A stretch of DNA of 64,000 nt from the NCBI RefSeq assembly GCF_028368995.1, contig NZ_JAQNDL010000003.1, positions 2,560,001 to 2,624,000 of the forward strand, written 5' to 3'. The notes beneath the pieces are model-generated. The model did no database searches and was not told where the DNA came from. It worked only from the letters and a program-made list of their open reading frames with translations. This document shows positions 1 to 10,418 of the stretch, one piece after another. This DNA is from Nannocystis bainbridge (GTDB lineage Bacteria; Myxococcota_A; Polyangia; Nannocystales; Nannocystaceae). Position 1 is the stretch's first letter; each line of letters starts with the position of its first letter. A program made the translations under genes and the position numbers.

Positions 1-334
1 TCGCCTTGACGATCAGGTAGCGCAGCGGCGCGTCGTCACGCTCGTTGCGCAGCTCGAGCGTCGACCGGAACGGCAGGAACACCACCGAGCCGGGGCCGAA
101 CGGCAGCGCGTGGCCGTCGACCCGCGCCTCGCCGCAGCCCGTCAGGCCGATCACGATCTCCGAGTCGCGCTGCTGCACGTGGCGCCCCACGTGCCCGCCC
201 GCCTCGAGCACGCACGAGAGCACCGACGTGAACGGCGGCGCGGGCTGGCCCGCCAGCAGGTCCCAGACGAGCACCTCGCCGTGACCGCCGAACATCGCCT
301 GTCGCCGCGAGGGTGGGCCGTGACCGATCTGCAT
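1..334 (-). CDS. Cupin-domain protein (runs off the window edge)
   Basis: Manually translated, not in the ORF track: MQIGHGPPSRRQAMFGGHGEVLVWDLL...LEAGGHVGRHVQQRDSEIVIGLTGCGEARVDGHALPFGPGSVVFLP...LRN, a cupin beta-barrel pattern. TGG-TATCAT lies 6 nt before the ATG. Confidence 0.7.
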   Translation of the reverse strand, partial: MQIGHGPPSRRQAMFGGHGEVLVWDLLAGQPAPPFTSVLSCVLEAGGHVGRHVQQRDSEIVIGLTGCGEARVDGHALPFGPGSVVFLPFRSTLELRNERDDAPLRYLIVKA

Positions 335-447
335 CGGCCCATGATACCACGCCTCGCCCGCCATGACGGACGAATCCGCGCCCCGCCAGCGCCGTCGCCC
401 TCACGAATGGCGGCACGGAGCGCTGTGTCCACGCATTCGAGCTATGA

Positions 448-1290
448 TCATAGCTCGAGCGTGGCCCCGAGACCCAGGAAGCGCGTGCGCTCCTCCAGAC
501 CCGCGGCTGCGAACGCGCGGTGCAGCTCGCTCTCCGGCTGCTGGAAATGCGCCCAGCCGGTGCGGTGGATCGGCAAGATCTGCCTGGCATCGACCATGCG
601 GCAGGCCGCGATCGCCTCGGCCGCGTCGAACGTGAAGCGGGCATGGCGGAAGCCCGGCGCGTGCGGGAAGCCGACGGCGCCGCAGTGGACCACCGCGAGG
701 TCGACGGGGCGCTCGCGCCGGAGCTCGGACAGTTTGGCCGCGAGCGCCGGAAACATCACCGTGTCGCCCGAGATCCACACGCGCGGGCCGTCGTCGACGT
801 CGATCACGAAGCCCGTGACCTCGTGGACCTGCGGCGCGTAGCTCGGGCCGTGGCGGGCCACGATCGCGGTGATCGTCAGCGGCCCGACGCGTGTGCGAGC
901 GCCCGGTGCGAGGCCGATCGCGCGCTCGCCGAGGCCGAGGCCGCGGCCGGGCGCGTCATGGTTCGCCGGCGAGCGGGCCAGGCGGCGCGCGCTCGGCACG
1001 GTCGTGATCACCTGCGCCACGCGGGCCTCGTCGGCCACCAGCGCGCGGCCGGAGAGATCGAGGTTGTCGGCGTGATGGTCGTGGCTGAGCAGCACCGCGT
1101 CGAAGCGGCCGAGCGACGCCGGGCTCACCGGCGTCGTGTAGCGCTTCTCACTGGCGAACCACGAGCGCGGCGTGAACCACAGCCCGAAGTCGTAGGTGCT
1201 GCCCATCGCATCGAACACCGGGTCGGTCAGGAGCCGCGTCTCACCGACGCGGATCGCCAGCGTCGCGGTGCCGAGGTACGTCAGCTCCAT
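448..1290 (-). CDS. MBL-fold metallo-hydrolase
   Basis: MELTYLGTAT...LLTDP, SHDHHADNLD (HxHxDH-like), ISGDT, PIH. Start trimmed to ATG 1290, 7 nt after the upstream stop. Confidence 0.85.
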   Translation of the reverse strand: MELTYLGTATLAIRVGETRLLTDPVFDAMGSTYDFGLWFTPRSWFASEKRYTTPVSPASLGRFDAVLLSHDHHADNLDLSGRALVADEARVAQVITTVPSARRLARSPANHDAPGRGLGLGERAIGLAPGARTRVGPLTITAIVARHGPSYAPQVHEVTGFVIDVDDGPRVWISGDTVMFPALAAKLSELRRERPVDLAVVHCGAVGFPHAPGFRHARFTFDAAEAIAACRMVDARQILPIHRTGWAHFQQPESELHRAFAAAGLEERTRFLGLGATLEL

Positions 1291-1297
1291 GGCCGGC

Positions 1298-2131
1298 TCA
1301 CGACGCCGCGCGGCTCTGCAGGAACGCCAGCAGGTCGGCGTTGATGCGGTCCTTTTGGGTGGTCGGCAGGCCGTGGTCACCGCCCGCGTAGACCTTGAGC
1401 TGCGAGCCCTTGACCAGCTTGTGACCGGCGTGCGCACTGGCGCCGATGGGCACTATTTGGTCGTCGTCTCCGTGGATGAACAGCGTCGGCACGTCGACCT
1501 TCTTCAGGTCCTCGGTGAAGTCGGTCTCGGAGAACGCCTTGATGCAATCGAGCGCGTTCTTGAGGCCGGCCTGCATGCCCTGGCGCCAGAAGCTGTCGCG
1601 CACGCCGTCGGACAGCTTGCCGCCGGGGCGATTGGCGCCGTAGAACGCGGTCGGCAGGTCCTTGAAGAACTGCGAGCGGTCGGCCGTGACGGCGGTGCGG
1701 ATGCCATCGAACGCGTCGAGCGGGATGCCGCCCGGGTTGGCCTCCGTCTTCAGCATCAGCGGCGGCACCGCGCCGACCAGCACCAGCTGGGCGACCCGCG
1801 ACGTGCCGTGGCGACCGACGTAGCGGGTCGCCTCGCCGCCGCCCGTCGAGTGGCCGATGAGCGTCGCCTGCTGCAGATCGAGGTGCTCGATCAGCTGCGC
1901 CAGGTCGTCGGCGTACGTGTCCATCTCATTGCCGTCGTACGGCTGGCTCGAGCGACCGTGACCGCGACGGTCGTGGGCGATGCAGCGATAGCCGCGCGCC
2001 GCGAGGAACACCATCTGGTCCTCCCACGCGTCGGCGGTGAGCGGCCAGCCGTGGCTGAACACCACCGGGCGACCGGCGCCCCAATCCTTGTAGTAGATCT
2101 GCGTTCCATCCTTGACGGTGATCGTGGCCAT
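1298..2131 (-). CDS. cpo: Non-heme chloroperoxidase / perhydrolase (alpha/beta hydrolase)
   Basis: [29 protein letters not shown] nucleophile elbow, [12 protein letters not shown]. Confidence 0.9.
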   Translation of the reverse strand: MATITVKDGTQIYYKDWGAGRPVVFSHGWPLTADAWEDQMVFLAARGYRCIAHDRRGHGRSSQPYDGNEMDTYADDLAQLIEHLDLQQATLIGHSTGGGEATRYVGRHGTSRVAQLVLVGAVPPLMLKTEANPGGIPLDAFDGIRTAVTADRSQFFKDLPTAFYGANRPGGKLSDGVRDSFWRQGMQAGLKNALDCIKAFSETDFTEDLKKVDVPTLFIHGDDDQIVPIGASAHAGHKLVKGSQLKVYAGGDHGLPTTQKDRINADLLAFLQSRAAS

Positions 2132-2137
2132 GACGGG

Positions 2138-3613
2138 TCAGTCCTTTCTCTCGTTCGCCGGCGCGGCGGCGGGTTGGTCGAGGCCCAGCGCGCGGGCCAC
2201 ACCGGCACCGTACGCGGGATCGGCCTTCGTGCAATTGGCGACGTGGCGGCGCTGCACCTCGAGCGACGCGCCGCCGAGCGAGCGGCCGGTGTTGGCGAAC
2301 AGCGCCTGCTGCTGCGCCGGTTTCATCAGGCGGAACAGGTTACCCGGCTGCTCCCAGTGGTCCTCGTCGACGCGGTGGTCCCAGTGGGCCGCGTCGCCCG
2401 GGGTCGCGAGCGGCGGCTCACCTGCGTCGGGGTTGTCGTTCCATTCGCCGTGGCGGTTGGGCCAGTAGTGCTTGGTCGCGCCGAGGTTGCCGTCGACCCG
2501 CATCGCGCCGTCGCGGTGGAAGCTGTGGAACGGGCACTTCGGGGCGTTGACGGGGATCTGATTGAAGTTGACGCCGAGGCGGTAGCGCTGGGCGTCGCCG
2601 TAGGAGAAGAGGCGCGACTGCAGCATGCGGTCGGGCGAGAAGCCGATCCCGGGGACGATGTTGGCCGGCGAGAACGCGGCCTGCTCGACCTCGGCGAACA
2701 CGTTGTCGGGGTTGCGATTGAGCTCGAGCACGCCGACCTCGATGAGCGGGTAATCGCCGTGCGGCCACACCTTCGTCAGGTCGAACGGGTTGTGCTTGTG
2801 CGTCTGCGCCTGCGCCTCGGTCATCACCTGAATGCAGAACTTCCAGCGCGGGAAGCGGCCGGCCTCGAGGCTCTCGAACAGGTCGCGCTGGCTGCTCTCG
2901 CGGTCCTTGCCGACCACCGCCTCGGCCTCGGCGTCGGTGAAATTTTCGATGCCCTGCTGGCTTACGAAATGGAACTTGACCCACACGCGCTCGTTGGCCC
3001 CGTTGATCAGGCTGAAGGTGTGGCTGCCGAAACCGTGCATCGTGCGATAGCTGCGCGGCAGGCCGCGGTCGCTCATCACGATCGTCACCTGGTGCAGCGC
3101 CTCCGGCAGGCCCGACCAGAAATCCCAGTTGTTGTCGGCGTTGCGCATGCCGGTCCGCGGGTCGCGCTTGACCGCGTGGTTGAGGTCGGGGAAGCGCAGC
3201 GGATCGCGGAAGAAGAACACCGGGGTGTTGTTGCCGACGATGTCCCAGTTACCCTCTTCGGTGTAGAACTTGACCGCGAAGCCACGGATGTCGCGCTCGG
3301 CGTCGGCGGCCCCGCGCTCGCCCGCGACCGTCGAGAAGCGCACGAACACCGGCGTCTGCTTGCCGACCGCGCCGAACAGCTTGGCCCGGCTGTAACGCGT
3401 GACGTCCTGCGTCACGGTGAAGGTGCCGTAGGCTCCCGAGCCCTTGGCGTGCATGCGCCGCTCGGGGATCACCTCGCGGTCGAAGTGCGCGAGCTTCTCG
3501 AGCAGCCAGATGTCTTGCAAGAGCGCCGGGCCGCGCGGACCCACCGTCTGAATGTTGACATTGTCGACCACGGGCGCGCCCGTCGCGTGCGTCAATTTGG
3601 GCTTTTCGGACAT
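2138..3613 (-). CDS. katA: Monofunctional heme catalase (small subunit)
   Basis: [56 protein letters not shown]. Confidence 0.97.
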   Translation of the reverse strand: MSEKPKLTHATGAPVVDNVNIQTVGPRGPALLQDIWLLEKLAHFDREVIPERRMHAKGSGAYGTFTVTQDVTRYSRAKLFGAVGKQTPVFVRFSTVAGERGAADAERDIRGFAVKFYTEEGNWDIVGNNTPVFFFRDPLRFPDLNHAVKRDPRTGMRNADNNWDFWSGLPEALHQVTIVMSDRGLPRSYRTMHGFGSHTFSLINGANERVWVKFHFVSQQGIENFTDAEAEAVVGKDRESSQRDLFESLEAGRFPRWKFCIQVMTEAQAQTHKHNPFDLTKVWPHGDYPLIEVGVLELNRNPDNVFAEVEQAAFSPANIVPGIGFSPDRMLQSRLFSYGDAQRYRLGVNFNQIPVNAPKCPFHSFHRDGAMRVDGNLGATKHYWPNRHGEWNDNPDAGEPPLATPGDAAHWDHRVDEDHWEQPGNLFRLMKPAQQQALFANTGRSLGGASLEVQRRHVANCTKADPAYGAGVARALGLDQPAAAPANERKD

Positions 3614-3654
3614 CAGTACCTCCGGTGTATCGCGAGCATGCCCGAAAGCGAAAA

Positions 3655-3670
3655 CCCGACCAAGGTCGGG
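3655..3670. promoter_or_regulatory. Perfect 7-2-7 palindrome upstream of katA (putative response-regulator box)
   Basis: CCCGACC-AA-GGTCGGG; an identical copy lies at 6526-6541. Confidence 0.7.
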
Positions 3671-3777
3671 TGACCGCGTTCGGCCCGTTTCGCGGTCGGG
3701 CCGGATCGAGGCTCGCTATCCTCGATCGTCACGGCGCCGTGACGGCAGCGACGATCCGGAAAAGCCCCATCAGGTCT

Positions 3778-6441
3778 TCACGCCCGCAGCTCCTCGAGCG
3801 CGAACTGAAACGTCGCCCCATGGGTCTCGTTGGCGGTGGCCCACAGCTTGCCGCCGTGGCGCTCGAGGATCGAGCGGCTGATCGAAAGACCCATGCCGAG
3901 GCCGTGCTCCTTCGTGGTGTAGAAGGCGTCGAAAAGGCGCGCGCGGTCGGTGCCGGCGCCCAGGCCGACGCCGACGTCTTCGACCGCGACGTGCACGAAC
4001 GAGCCGCTCTGACGCCGCTCGACGAACGAGTGGATCACCACGCGACGGCGCTCCGCCGGCATGTCCTTGCACGCCTCGCCGGCGTTGAGCAGCAGGTTCA
4101 GCACCACCTGTCGCAGCTGCACCGGATCGCCCTCCACTCGCGGTAATTCGGGCAGCAGCGCCTGATGAATCTCGATGTGGTGCCGCGTCAGCTGCGGCGC
4201 CACCAGCGGGACCACCTCGCGGATCACGTCGTTGAGGTCGCACGCGAGGTGCTGCGGCGACACCCGCGACAGCAGCGAGCGGATCTGCCGCAACACCTGG
4301 GCCGCGCGCCCGCCCTGGTCGATGATCACGGCCAACGACTCGCGCACCTTCGCCAGCGCCGGCGGCTCGGCGGCCGACCAGTTGAGCGCCGCGCTGGCCT
4401 CGGCGATGATCGCCGTCAACGGTTGATTGACCTCGTGGGCGATCGAGGCCGCCAGCTCGCCGAGAGTCGTCACCCGCGAGACGTGGGTCAGGGCCGCCTG
4501 CGCCTGCTGCAGCTCGTCGGCCGCGCGGCGGCTGGCGGTGATGTCGGTCGCAGCGCCGACGAGCTCGAACTCGCCGGCGGCGCTGGTGCGCGAGCGGCCG
4601 AGCACGCGGACCAGCTTGACCGCGCCGTCGTCCATCACCAGGCGATGCTCGTGGTCGAAGTCGCCGCCCTCGCGCAGCGTCCGGCGCACGAGCTCGACGA
4701 CGCGCTCGCTATCGTCGGGGTGGATGCGCTCGAGCAACTGGGCGAGGTCGGGCCGCGGCGTCCCGGGCAGGCCGACGATCTCGCGGATGCCCTCGGAGAA
4801 GTCGCATTCACGGGTGCGGAGGTTGACGCCGAAGCTGCCGGTGCGACTGAGGCGCTCGGCCTCGACGCGATACGCCTCGCTGCGCCGCAACGCTTCCTCT
4901 GACTGGCTGCGCTCGATCGCCAGGCTGGTCACGCGGGCGCACCACTCGAGCAGCTCGAGCTCGCTGGCGGTCGGGCCGCGCGGCTGGGCGGCGTAGATGC
5001 CGAACGTGCCCAGCACCCTGCCGTCGGTCGAGAACATCGGCAGCGACCAGCACGCGCGCAGGCCGTGGGCCAGCGCGTGCTCGCGGAACAGCGCGCCGAG
5101 CGGGTCGGTCTCGATGTCGGTCACCACGACCAGCTCTCTCCGCCAGGCCGCGGTCCCGCACACGAACGCGTTCGGCCCGATCGGCGAGCCGTCGATCGCC
5201 GCGGTGAAGCTGCGCGGCAGGCTCACCGCGGCGATGTGGCGCACGGTGCCCGCTTCGGGATCGAGCAAAAGGATCGACGCTCGCGCGCCCGGGGTGCCTT
5301 CCTCGACCAGACGGACCACGCCTTCGAGGAAGCGCGAGGCCGGTTCGCCGCGCGTCAGCATCTCGAGCAGGCGCTGCTCGCCGGCGGCGCGCGCCTGCGC
5401 TTGCTTCTGCTCCTCGATGTCGCTGCCGAGGCCCCACCACTTCGCCACCTCGCCGCGCTCGTCGAGCAGCGGCACCGCGTGGATCTGGAACCACCGGTAG
5501 CGACCGCACGCGCGCTTCAGACGGGCCTCGATGCGCCCCTCCTTGCCCGACGCGAGCAGCCGCGCCCACGCTTCGATCACCGCGGCGCGGTCGCTCGGAT
5601 GGACCAGGTCGGTGGTCACCCAGGCCCAACCTCGCAGCTCCGGCTCCGCCTTGCCCGCGTACGTCTGCCAGCCCCGGCTCAGGAACTCGAGCGAGCCGTC
5701 GGCGCGGGCGCTCCACACCAGGCCGGGCACCGCGTCGATGACCGCGAGCAGCTCGTCGACCGCACCGCCGCCGTCGCGCAGATCGAGCAACGTCGGCGCG
5801 ATGTGACCGTGCGTTGCCCAGGCAACCGCGCATCGCTGAAGATCGGCGAGGACCTGGCTAGCCGTCGCGTACCCGACTTCGTCGCGCTCGACGAGCCGCG
5901 CCACGATCTGCTCGAGCGCCCGCGGCGACCCGTCCGTCGCGCCGACCAACATCTCGTGCAGCACCGCGCCGCAGCCGCGGAGGTCGCAGCGCACGTCGAC
6001 GGAGCGATCGGTCACGACCGCGCCGAGCCGCGCCGCCGCGCCGAAGCCGGTCAGCCAGCACTCGCCGGTGGCCGGCTTCGTCAGCACGTTGCTCGCGCGG
6101 AAGTCGTTGTGCGCCAGGCCTCGCGCGTGCAGCCGCACCAGCGCGGTGACCAGCCCGATCGCCACGCGCAGGAACGCCGCGATGTCCCACGGCGCGCCGA
6201 GCAGCTCGCCGAGCGGCCGGCCGCCGGGATCGGCGAATGTCAGCGACACGCTGTCGCCGTCCCGCTCGATCGTCAGCGGGCGCAACGCCGCCGATGGATC
6301 GAGCTCGTCGCGCAGCGACCACTCGTGCTCGAGCATGGCGACGCCCCACGCGTCGCTGCAGGTCCGCACCAGCCGCGACGCGCTCCCGCCCGCTCCATCG
6401 ACGCGAATGTCACTCACGGGCGCGTGCAGAGTGAGACTCAT
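3778..6441 (-). CDS. PAS-GAF-PAS sensor histidine kinase with degenerate N-terminal Ser/Thr-kinase-like domain
   Basis: H-box LAASIAHEVNQPL, N-box QVVLNLLLNA, DVGVG, FYTTKEHGLGMGLSI; PAS motifs VHPSDR/IHPDD; GAF (CGTAA, CWSLP); N-terminal HNDFRASNVL/LTGFG. Start uncertain; ATG 6441 chosen. Confidence 0.85.
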   Translation of the reverse strand: MSLTLHAPVSDIRVDGAGGSASRLVRTCSDAWGVAMLEHEWSLRDELDPSAALRPLTIERDGDSVSLTFADPGGRPLGELLGAPWDIAAFLRVAIGLVTALVRLHARGLAHNDFRASNVLTKPATGECWLTGFGAAARLGAVVTDRSVDVRCDLRGCGAVLHEMLVGATDGSPRALEQIVARLVERDEVGYATASQVLADLQRCAVAWATHGHIAPTLLDLRDGGGAVDELLAVIDAVPGLVWSARADGSLEFLSRGWQTYAGKAEPELRGWAWVTTDLVHPSDRAAVIEAWARLLASGKEGRIEARLKRACGRYRWFQIHAVPLLDERGEVAKWWGLGSDIEEQKQAQARAAGEQRLLEMLTRGEPASRFLEGVVRLVEEGTPGARASILLLDPEAGTVRHIAAVSLPRSFTAAIDGSPIGPNAFVCGTAAWRRELVVVTDIETDPLGALFREHALAHGLRACWSLPMFSTDGRVLGTFGIYAAQPRGPTASELELLEWCARVTSLAIERSQSEEALRRSEAYRVEAERLSRTGSFGVNLRTRECDFSEGIREIVGLPGTPRPDLAQLLERIHPDDSERVVELVRRTLREGGDFDHEHRLVMDDGAVKLVRVLGRSRTSAAGEFELVGAATDITASRRAADELQQAQAALTHVSRVTTLGELAASIAHEVNQPLTAIIAEASAALNWSAAEPPALAKVRESLAVIIDQGGRAAQVLRQIRSLLSRVSPQHLACDLNDVIREVVPLVAPQLTRHHIEIHQALLPELPRVEGDPVQLRQVVLNLLLNAGEACKDMPAERRRVVIHSFVERRQSGSFVHVAVEDVGVGLGAGTDRARLFDAFYTTKEHGLGMGLSISRSILERHGGKLWATANETHGATFQFALEELRA

Positions 6442-6525
6442 GGACCGCCCGACTATAACCGCTTCTGCTTTTCGCACGAACCGGCTTTCGGAGGTCCCCA
6501 GCCCGCACGCGGACGTTCCGCCCGA

Positions 6526-6541
6526 CCCGACCTTGGTCGGG
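6526..6541. promoter_or_regulatory. Second copy of the 7-2-7 palindrome, upstream of the lysophospholipase gene
   Basis: CCCGACC-TT-GGTCGGG followed by TTTTC, as at katA. Confidence 0.7.
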
Positions 6542-6656
6542 TTTTCTGCGCTTGCGATCGCGGCGATACGGATACGACTCCCACGCCTGCGCGGTCGGTC
6601 TCTCACGCTGAACCTCGCGCTGCGTGAGTCCGCCTCCAATCGGAAGGAACGTCGAG

Positions 6657-7478
6657 ATGAAGCAAGAGAAGTTCGCAGCCAACGACGGCACCCAGATCCA
6701 CCTGCGCTCGTGGCAGCCCGCCGACCCGCGCGCGATCCTGGTGATCGTCCATGGGTTCAAGGCGCACGGGGGCCTTTACGAGTGGGCCGGCGGCCAGTTC
6801 GCCGAGCGTGGGTTCGCCGTCTACGCGCTCGACCTGCGCGGTCACGGCGTGTCCGAGGGCGACCGGCTCGAGGTCGGCAAGTTCGGCGACTACGTCGGCG
6901 ACGTCCATACCCTCGTCAAGCTGGCCAAGGCCCGCAACCCCGGGCTGCAGGTGTTCCTGCTCGGACACAGCGCCGGCGGCGTGATCTCCAGCATCTACAC
7001 GCTCGAGCACCAGGAAGAGCTCGCGGGCTTCATCTGCGAGAGCTTCGCCCACGAGGTGCCGGCGCCGGACTTCGTGCTCGCGGTCCTCAAGGGCCTCAGC
7101 CACATCACGCCGCACGCCCACGTGCTCAAGCTCGAGGACGAGGGCTTCTCGCGCGACCCCGCGGTGGTGGAGGCGATGAAGAACGACCCGCTGATCGAGC
7201 GCCAGGGCTACCCGGCGTATACGGTCGCCGAGATGGTCCGCGCCGACGAGCGGCTCAAGCGCGAGTTCCCGCAGATCACCCTGCCGGTGCTCATCCTCCA
7301 CGGCACCGCGGACCGCGTGACCCTGCCGAAGGGCAGCCAGCGGTTCTTCGACACCGGCGGCTCGCAGGACAAGACCCTCAAGCTGTACGAGGACCACTAC
7401 CACGACCTGCTGGCCGACTACGGCAAGGAGACCGTGCTGGCCGACATCCTGGCGTGGATCGTGGCGCGCATCCGCTGA
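6657..7478 (+). CDS. Lysophospholipase / monoacylglycerol lipase-like alpha/beta hydrolase
   Basis: IVHGF, DLRGHGVSEG, GHSAGG, LHGTADRV, YHDL. Confidence 0.88.
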   Translation: MKQEKFAANDGTQIHLRSWQPADPRAILVIVHGFKAHGGLYEWAGGQFAERGFAVYALDLRGHGVSEGDRLEVGKFGDYVGDVHTLVKLAKARNPGLQVFLLGHSAGGVISSIYTLEHQEELAGFICESFAHEVPAPDFVLAVLKGLSHITPHAHVLKLEDEGFSRDPAVVEAMKNDPLIERQGYPAYTVAEMVRADERLKREFPQITLPVLILHGTADRVTLPKGSQRFFDTGGSQDKTLKLYEDHYHDLLADYGKETVLADILAWIVARIR

Positions 7479-7665
7479 GCGTCGACTGCCACCATTCAGG
7501 TCAGGCCCGGCCGCGCCACGCGCGAGCCGGGCTGCTGTGTTTGCCCTGCCTCAATGATCATAGCATCCGGTGAGCCCGAGGCGATGGACAGGTTCGGCAC
7601 GTCGCGCCGCAGCCGGCGCGGGACCGCGCCGGCTCTCCATCGACTAGTCCTTCAGGACATGTCCC

Positions 7666-9033
7666 TCAGAACACGTGGCCGACGTCGACGTAGAAGCCCT
7701 GCGTCTTGTCGGTCGGCGAGTACGCGCCGTCGAAGCGGACCAGGAACGTCTCGCCCCAGCGCACGCGCAGGCCGCCGCCGGTGCCGAGCTTGAAGGTGCC
7801 GCCGTCGATGCCCTGGCCGCCGAGCTCCGTGCGGCCGAAGTCGGCCCAGATCCGCGCGGCGTCGAGGAACGCCACCGCGCCGACCGTGAAGTGGTTGTTC
7901 TTGATCGTGAACTTCCAGAACATGCTGCGGAGCTCGAGGTTCTGGATCAGCTTGATCTTGCCGGCGTAGCGCTGGCGCGGCACCCCGCGCAGCGACCACC
8001 CGCCGCCCGGGCCGTCGCGGGGCATCAGCGCGCCGAAGCGCGTCAGCTCGTAGAACGGCGCGTCACCGACGATCACGTCGGCGACCCCGCGGATCGCAAA
8101 CGACAGCCACTCGCCGAGGAACGCCTTGTACCACGCGCTGTTGAGGCTGAACGCCGCGTAGCGCAGGTTCTGCTGGACCCCCGGCGAGGCGCGGACCGTC
8201 AGCTCGGTGAAGGTCCCGCGGGTCGGCGTGTACTCGTGGTCGCGGGTGTCGAACAGCGCGCCCGCGCTGAGCACCACGAGCGCGTGCGGATCTGTCCCCT
8301 GGAGCAGGTTGCCGAGCGCCTTGCCGTCGGGCGTGCCCGACGCCTTGAGGGCGATGTCCTGCTCGAGCAGGCTGCCGGCGTACGGCCGCACGATGTTGTA
8401 GGTCGTGTTGAGCCCGACCAGCGCCTCGATGCGGCGCCGCTGCTGCACCGTCGAACGGTCCCACACCTTGATGCGGGCGTTGAAAAGCAGCAGTGGGTAG
8501 ATGTGATCGAAGCGGTGGTAGCGGCGCGCGGCCTGGTAGGCCATCAACTCCTGGTCGGGGTCGATGCCCTCCCACGGCTCGGTCGCCGCCGAGTCGTTGC
8601 CGAACCCGTAATAGCCGGTGTTGGCGAACTTGCGGAAGCCGACGCGCGCGGTGATCCGCAGGCGGTCGCCGGCCAGCCCGGGGAAGTCCATGTTGAGGTA
8701 GTCGTCGTGGAACGGCACCTCGATGCCGCGGCCCGGCGCGCGCTTGGCGTTCGCCGACAGCAGCAATTCGAGGCGCCAGCGGTACGGGCGATAACCCGGC
8801 GAGAAGCGGGCCACGCTGGCGATCAGGCCGAAGCCGAGCCCGAGGTCGCTGTCGTAGCTGAGGGCCGGCAGCGCCCCGATCTCGATGCGCTCCGGCTTCG
8901 GCGGGCCCTTCGGCTTCTTCGGCTGCTTCGGCTTCTTGACCCGATCCTTGGCGGCCGCGGCCACAGGCACAGGCGCAGCGATCGCGCAGACCACCAATGC
9001 CGCCAGCAGCGCGGGCAGCCGGCGCCGGCACAA
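7666..9033 (-). CDS. Omp85/BamA-TamA family outer-membrane beta-barrel without obvious POTRA domains
   Basis: Signal peptide, YDSDLGLGFG, FDTRDHE, LRGVPRQRYAG (LRG..RF motif), C-terminal VGHVF. Start uncertain (TTG 9033). Confidence 0.75.
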   Translation of the reverse strand: MCRRRLPALLAALVVCAIAAPVPVAAAAKDRVKKPKQPKKPKGPPKPERIEIGALPALSYDSDLGLGFGLIASVARFSPGYRPYRWRLELLLSANAKRAPGRGIEVPFHDDYLNMDFPGLAGDRLRITARVGFRKFANTGYYGFGNDSAATEPWEGIDPDQELMAYQAARRYHRFDHIYPLLLFNARIKVWDRSTVQQRRRIEALVGLNTTYNIVRPYAGSLLEQDIALKASGTPDGKALGNLLQGTDPHALVVLSAGALFDTRDHEYTPTRGTFTELTVRASPGVQQNLRYAAFSLNSAWYKAFLGEWLSFAIRGVADVIVGDAPFYELTRFGALMPRDGPGGGWSLRGVPRQRYAGKIKLIQNLELRSMFWKFTIKNNHFTVGAVAFLDAARIWADFGRTELGGQGIDGGTFKLGTGGGLRVRWGETFLVRFDGAYSPTDKTQGFYVDVGHVF

Positions 9034-9090
9034 TGCATATATGTCCCCAAAGACAGGTGACGCCCGGGCTCGCTGTGGTAAGGTCGCCGC

Positions 9091-10416
9091 GTGTCGAGCT
9101 CGCCCTTGAAGCGCCCCCTGCTCCTGGCCTACGCCGCGGGCTCGATCGGCTCGGGCCTGTTCAGCACCGTGCCCGGCCTGCTGCTGCTGTTCTACTTGAC
9201 CGACACGCTCGGCGTGGCCGCGAGCCTCGCGGGCCTGGCGATCCTGATCCCGCGGATCTGGGACATCGTCACCGATCCGCTGGTCGGCGCCTGGTCCGAC
9301 CGCACGCGCTCGCGCTGGGGCCGGCGACGGCCGTTCTTGCTGGCCGGCGCGCTGCTGCTGCCGCCCGGCTTCATCGCCCTGTTCTCGGCCCCGGTCGGCG
9401 ATCCGTCGCTCAGCTTCGCGTGGGTGCTGGTCGCCTTCGTGTGGGCCACCGGCGCCTTCACCCTGTTTCAGATCCCCTACGCCTCGATGCCGGCCGAGAT
9501 GACGGCCGATTACCACGAACGCACGCGGGTCGTCGCCCATCGCATGGCCTTCCTGCCGATCGGCATCCTCGCCGGCGGCGCGCTGGCGCCGATGCTGATC
9601 AAGGCCAGCGGCGGCGGCCCGGCGGGTTATCGGGTCATGGCCGTCACCCTGGCGATCATCGCCGCGGTCGCCATGTCGGTCGCGTTCTTCGGCACCCGCA
9701 GCGCCCCGCAGCTGCCGGCGCCGAGCGAGTCGGCCGGGCTGCGCGAGCAGATCCGCGTGGCCCTGTCGCATCGGCCGTACCGCCGCCTGCTGCTCGGCTT
9801 CGCCGTGCAGAACATCGGCATCGGCGCCGTCCTGGCCGCGGTGCCCTACTACTGCCACTACACCCTGCGCGGCGGCGAAGCGGCGGTGACCGTCCTGTTC
9901 GTGTCGCTGGTCGGGCCGGCGATCGTCGCCATGCCGCTGTGGATGGCGGTGTCGCGGCGGTTCGGCAAGCGCGTCGGCTACATCCTCGCGACCGTGCTGT
10001 TCGCCGGGTGCGCGCTCAGCCTGCTCAGCGCCGCGCCGGGTCGGCTGGCCTTGGTGGCCGCGCAGGTCGGCGTTCTCGGGGTCGGCTTCGCCGGCCTGCA
10101 GGTGTTCCCGTTCGCCATGCTGCCCGACCTCGTCGACGACGACGCGGCCGTGACCAATCAGCGCCGCGAGGGCATCTTCACCGGGCTGTGGTTCGTCGGC
10201 GAGAAGGGCGGCCTGACCCTCGGGGCATGGCTCGTGAGCCAGGTGCTCGCCACGACCGGGTTCGTCGAGCGGCGCGCCGGCGAGCTCGTGACCCAGCCCG
10301 AAGCGGCGCTCGTCGGCGTGCTCGTGGCCACCGCGGTGGTCCCGGCCGCGTGCGCGCTCCTCAGTCTCCCCTTGCTGTTTCACCACGTCGAATCTGCCAG
10401 GAACCGAGCGACCTGA
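9091..10416 (+). CDS. MFS transporter, glycoside-pentoside-hexuronide (MFS_2/MelB) family
   Basis: WDIVTDPLVGAWSDRTRSRWGRRRPF, IPYASMPAEMT..YHER, D..RREGIF. Confidence 0.9.
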   Translation: MSSSPLKRPLLLAYAAGSIGSGLFSTVPGLLLLFYLTDTLGVAASLAGLAILIPRIWDIVTDPLVGAWSDRTRSRWGRRRPFLLAGALLLPPGFIALFSAPVGDPSLSFAWVLVAFVWATGAFTLFQIPYASMPAEMTADYHERTRVVAHRMAFLPIGILAGGALAPMLIKASGGGPAGYRVMAVTLAIIAAVAMSVAFFGTRSAPQLPAPSESAGLREQIRVALSHRPYRRLLLGFAVQNIGIGAVLAAVPYYCHYTLRGGEAAVTVLFVSLVGPAIVAMPLWMAVSRRFGKRVGYILATVLFAGCALSLLSAAPGRLALVAAQVGVLGVGFAGLQVFPFAMLPDLVDDDAAVTNQRREGIFTGLWFVGEKGGLTLGAWLVSQVLATTGFVERRAGELVTQPEAALVGVLVATAVVPAACALLSLPLLFHHVESARNRAT

Positions 10417-10418
10417 CC

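Noticed and set aside
1196-3673. Long antisense ORFs (also 17941-21105, 30374-33124, 45320-47689, 61205-63112 and others)
   Set aside because: Shadow frames typical of high-GC DNA, lying opposite well-supported genes and lacking motifs.
7655-7664. GGACATGTCC as a standalone 10-bp site (matches the p53 half-site consensus)
   Set aside because: It arises as the junction of two adjacent TGTCY-N4-RGACA-type units; the p53 match is coincidental in a bacterium.
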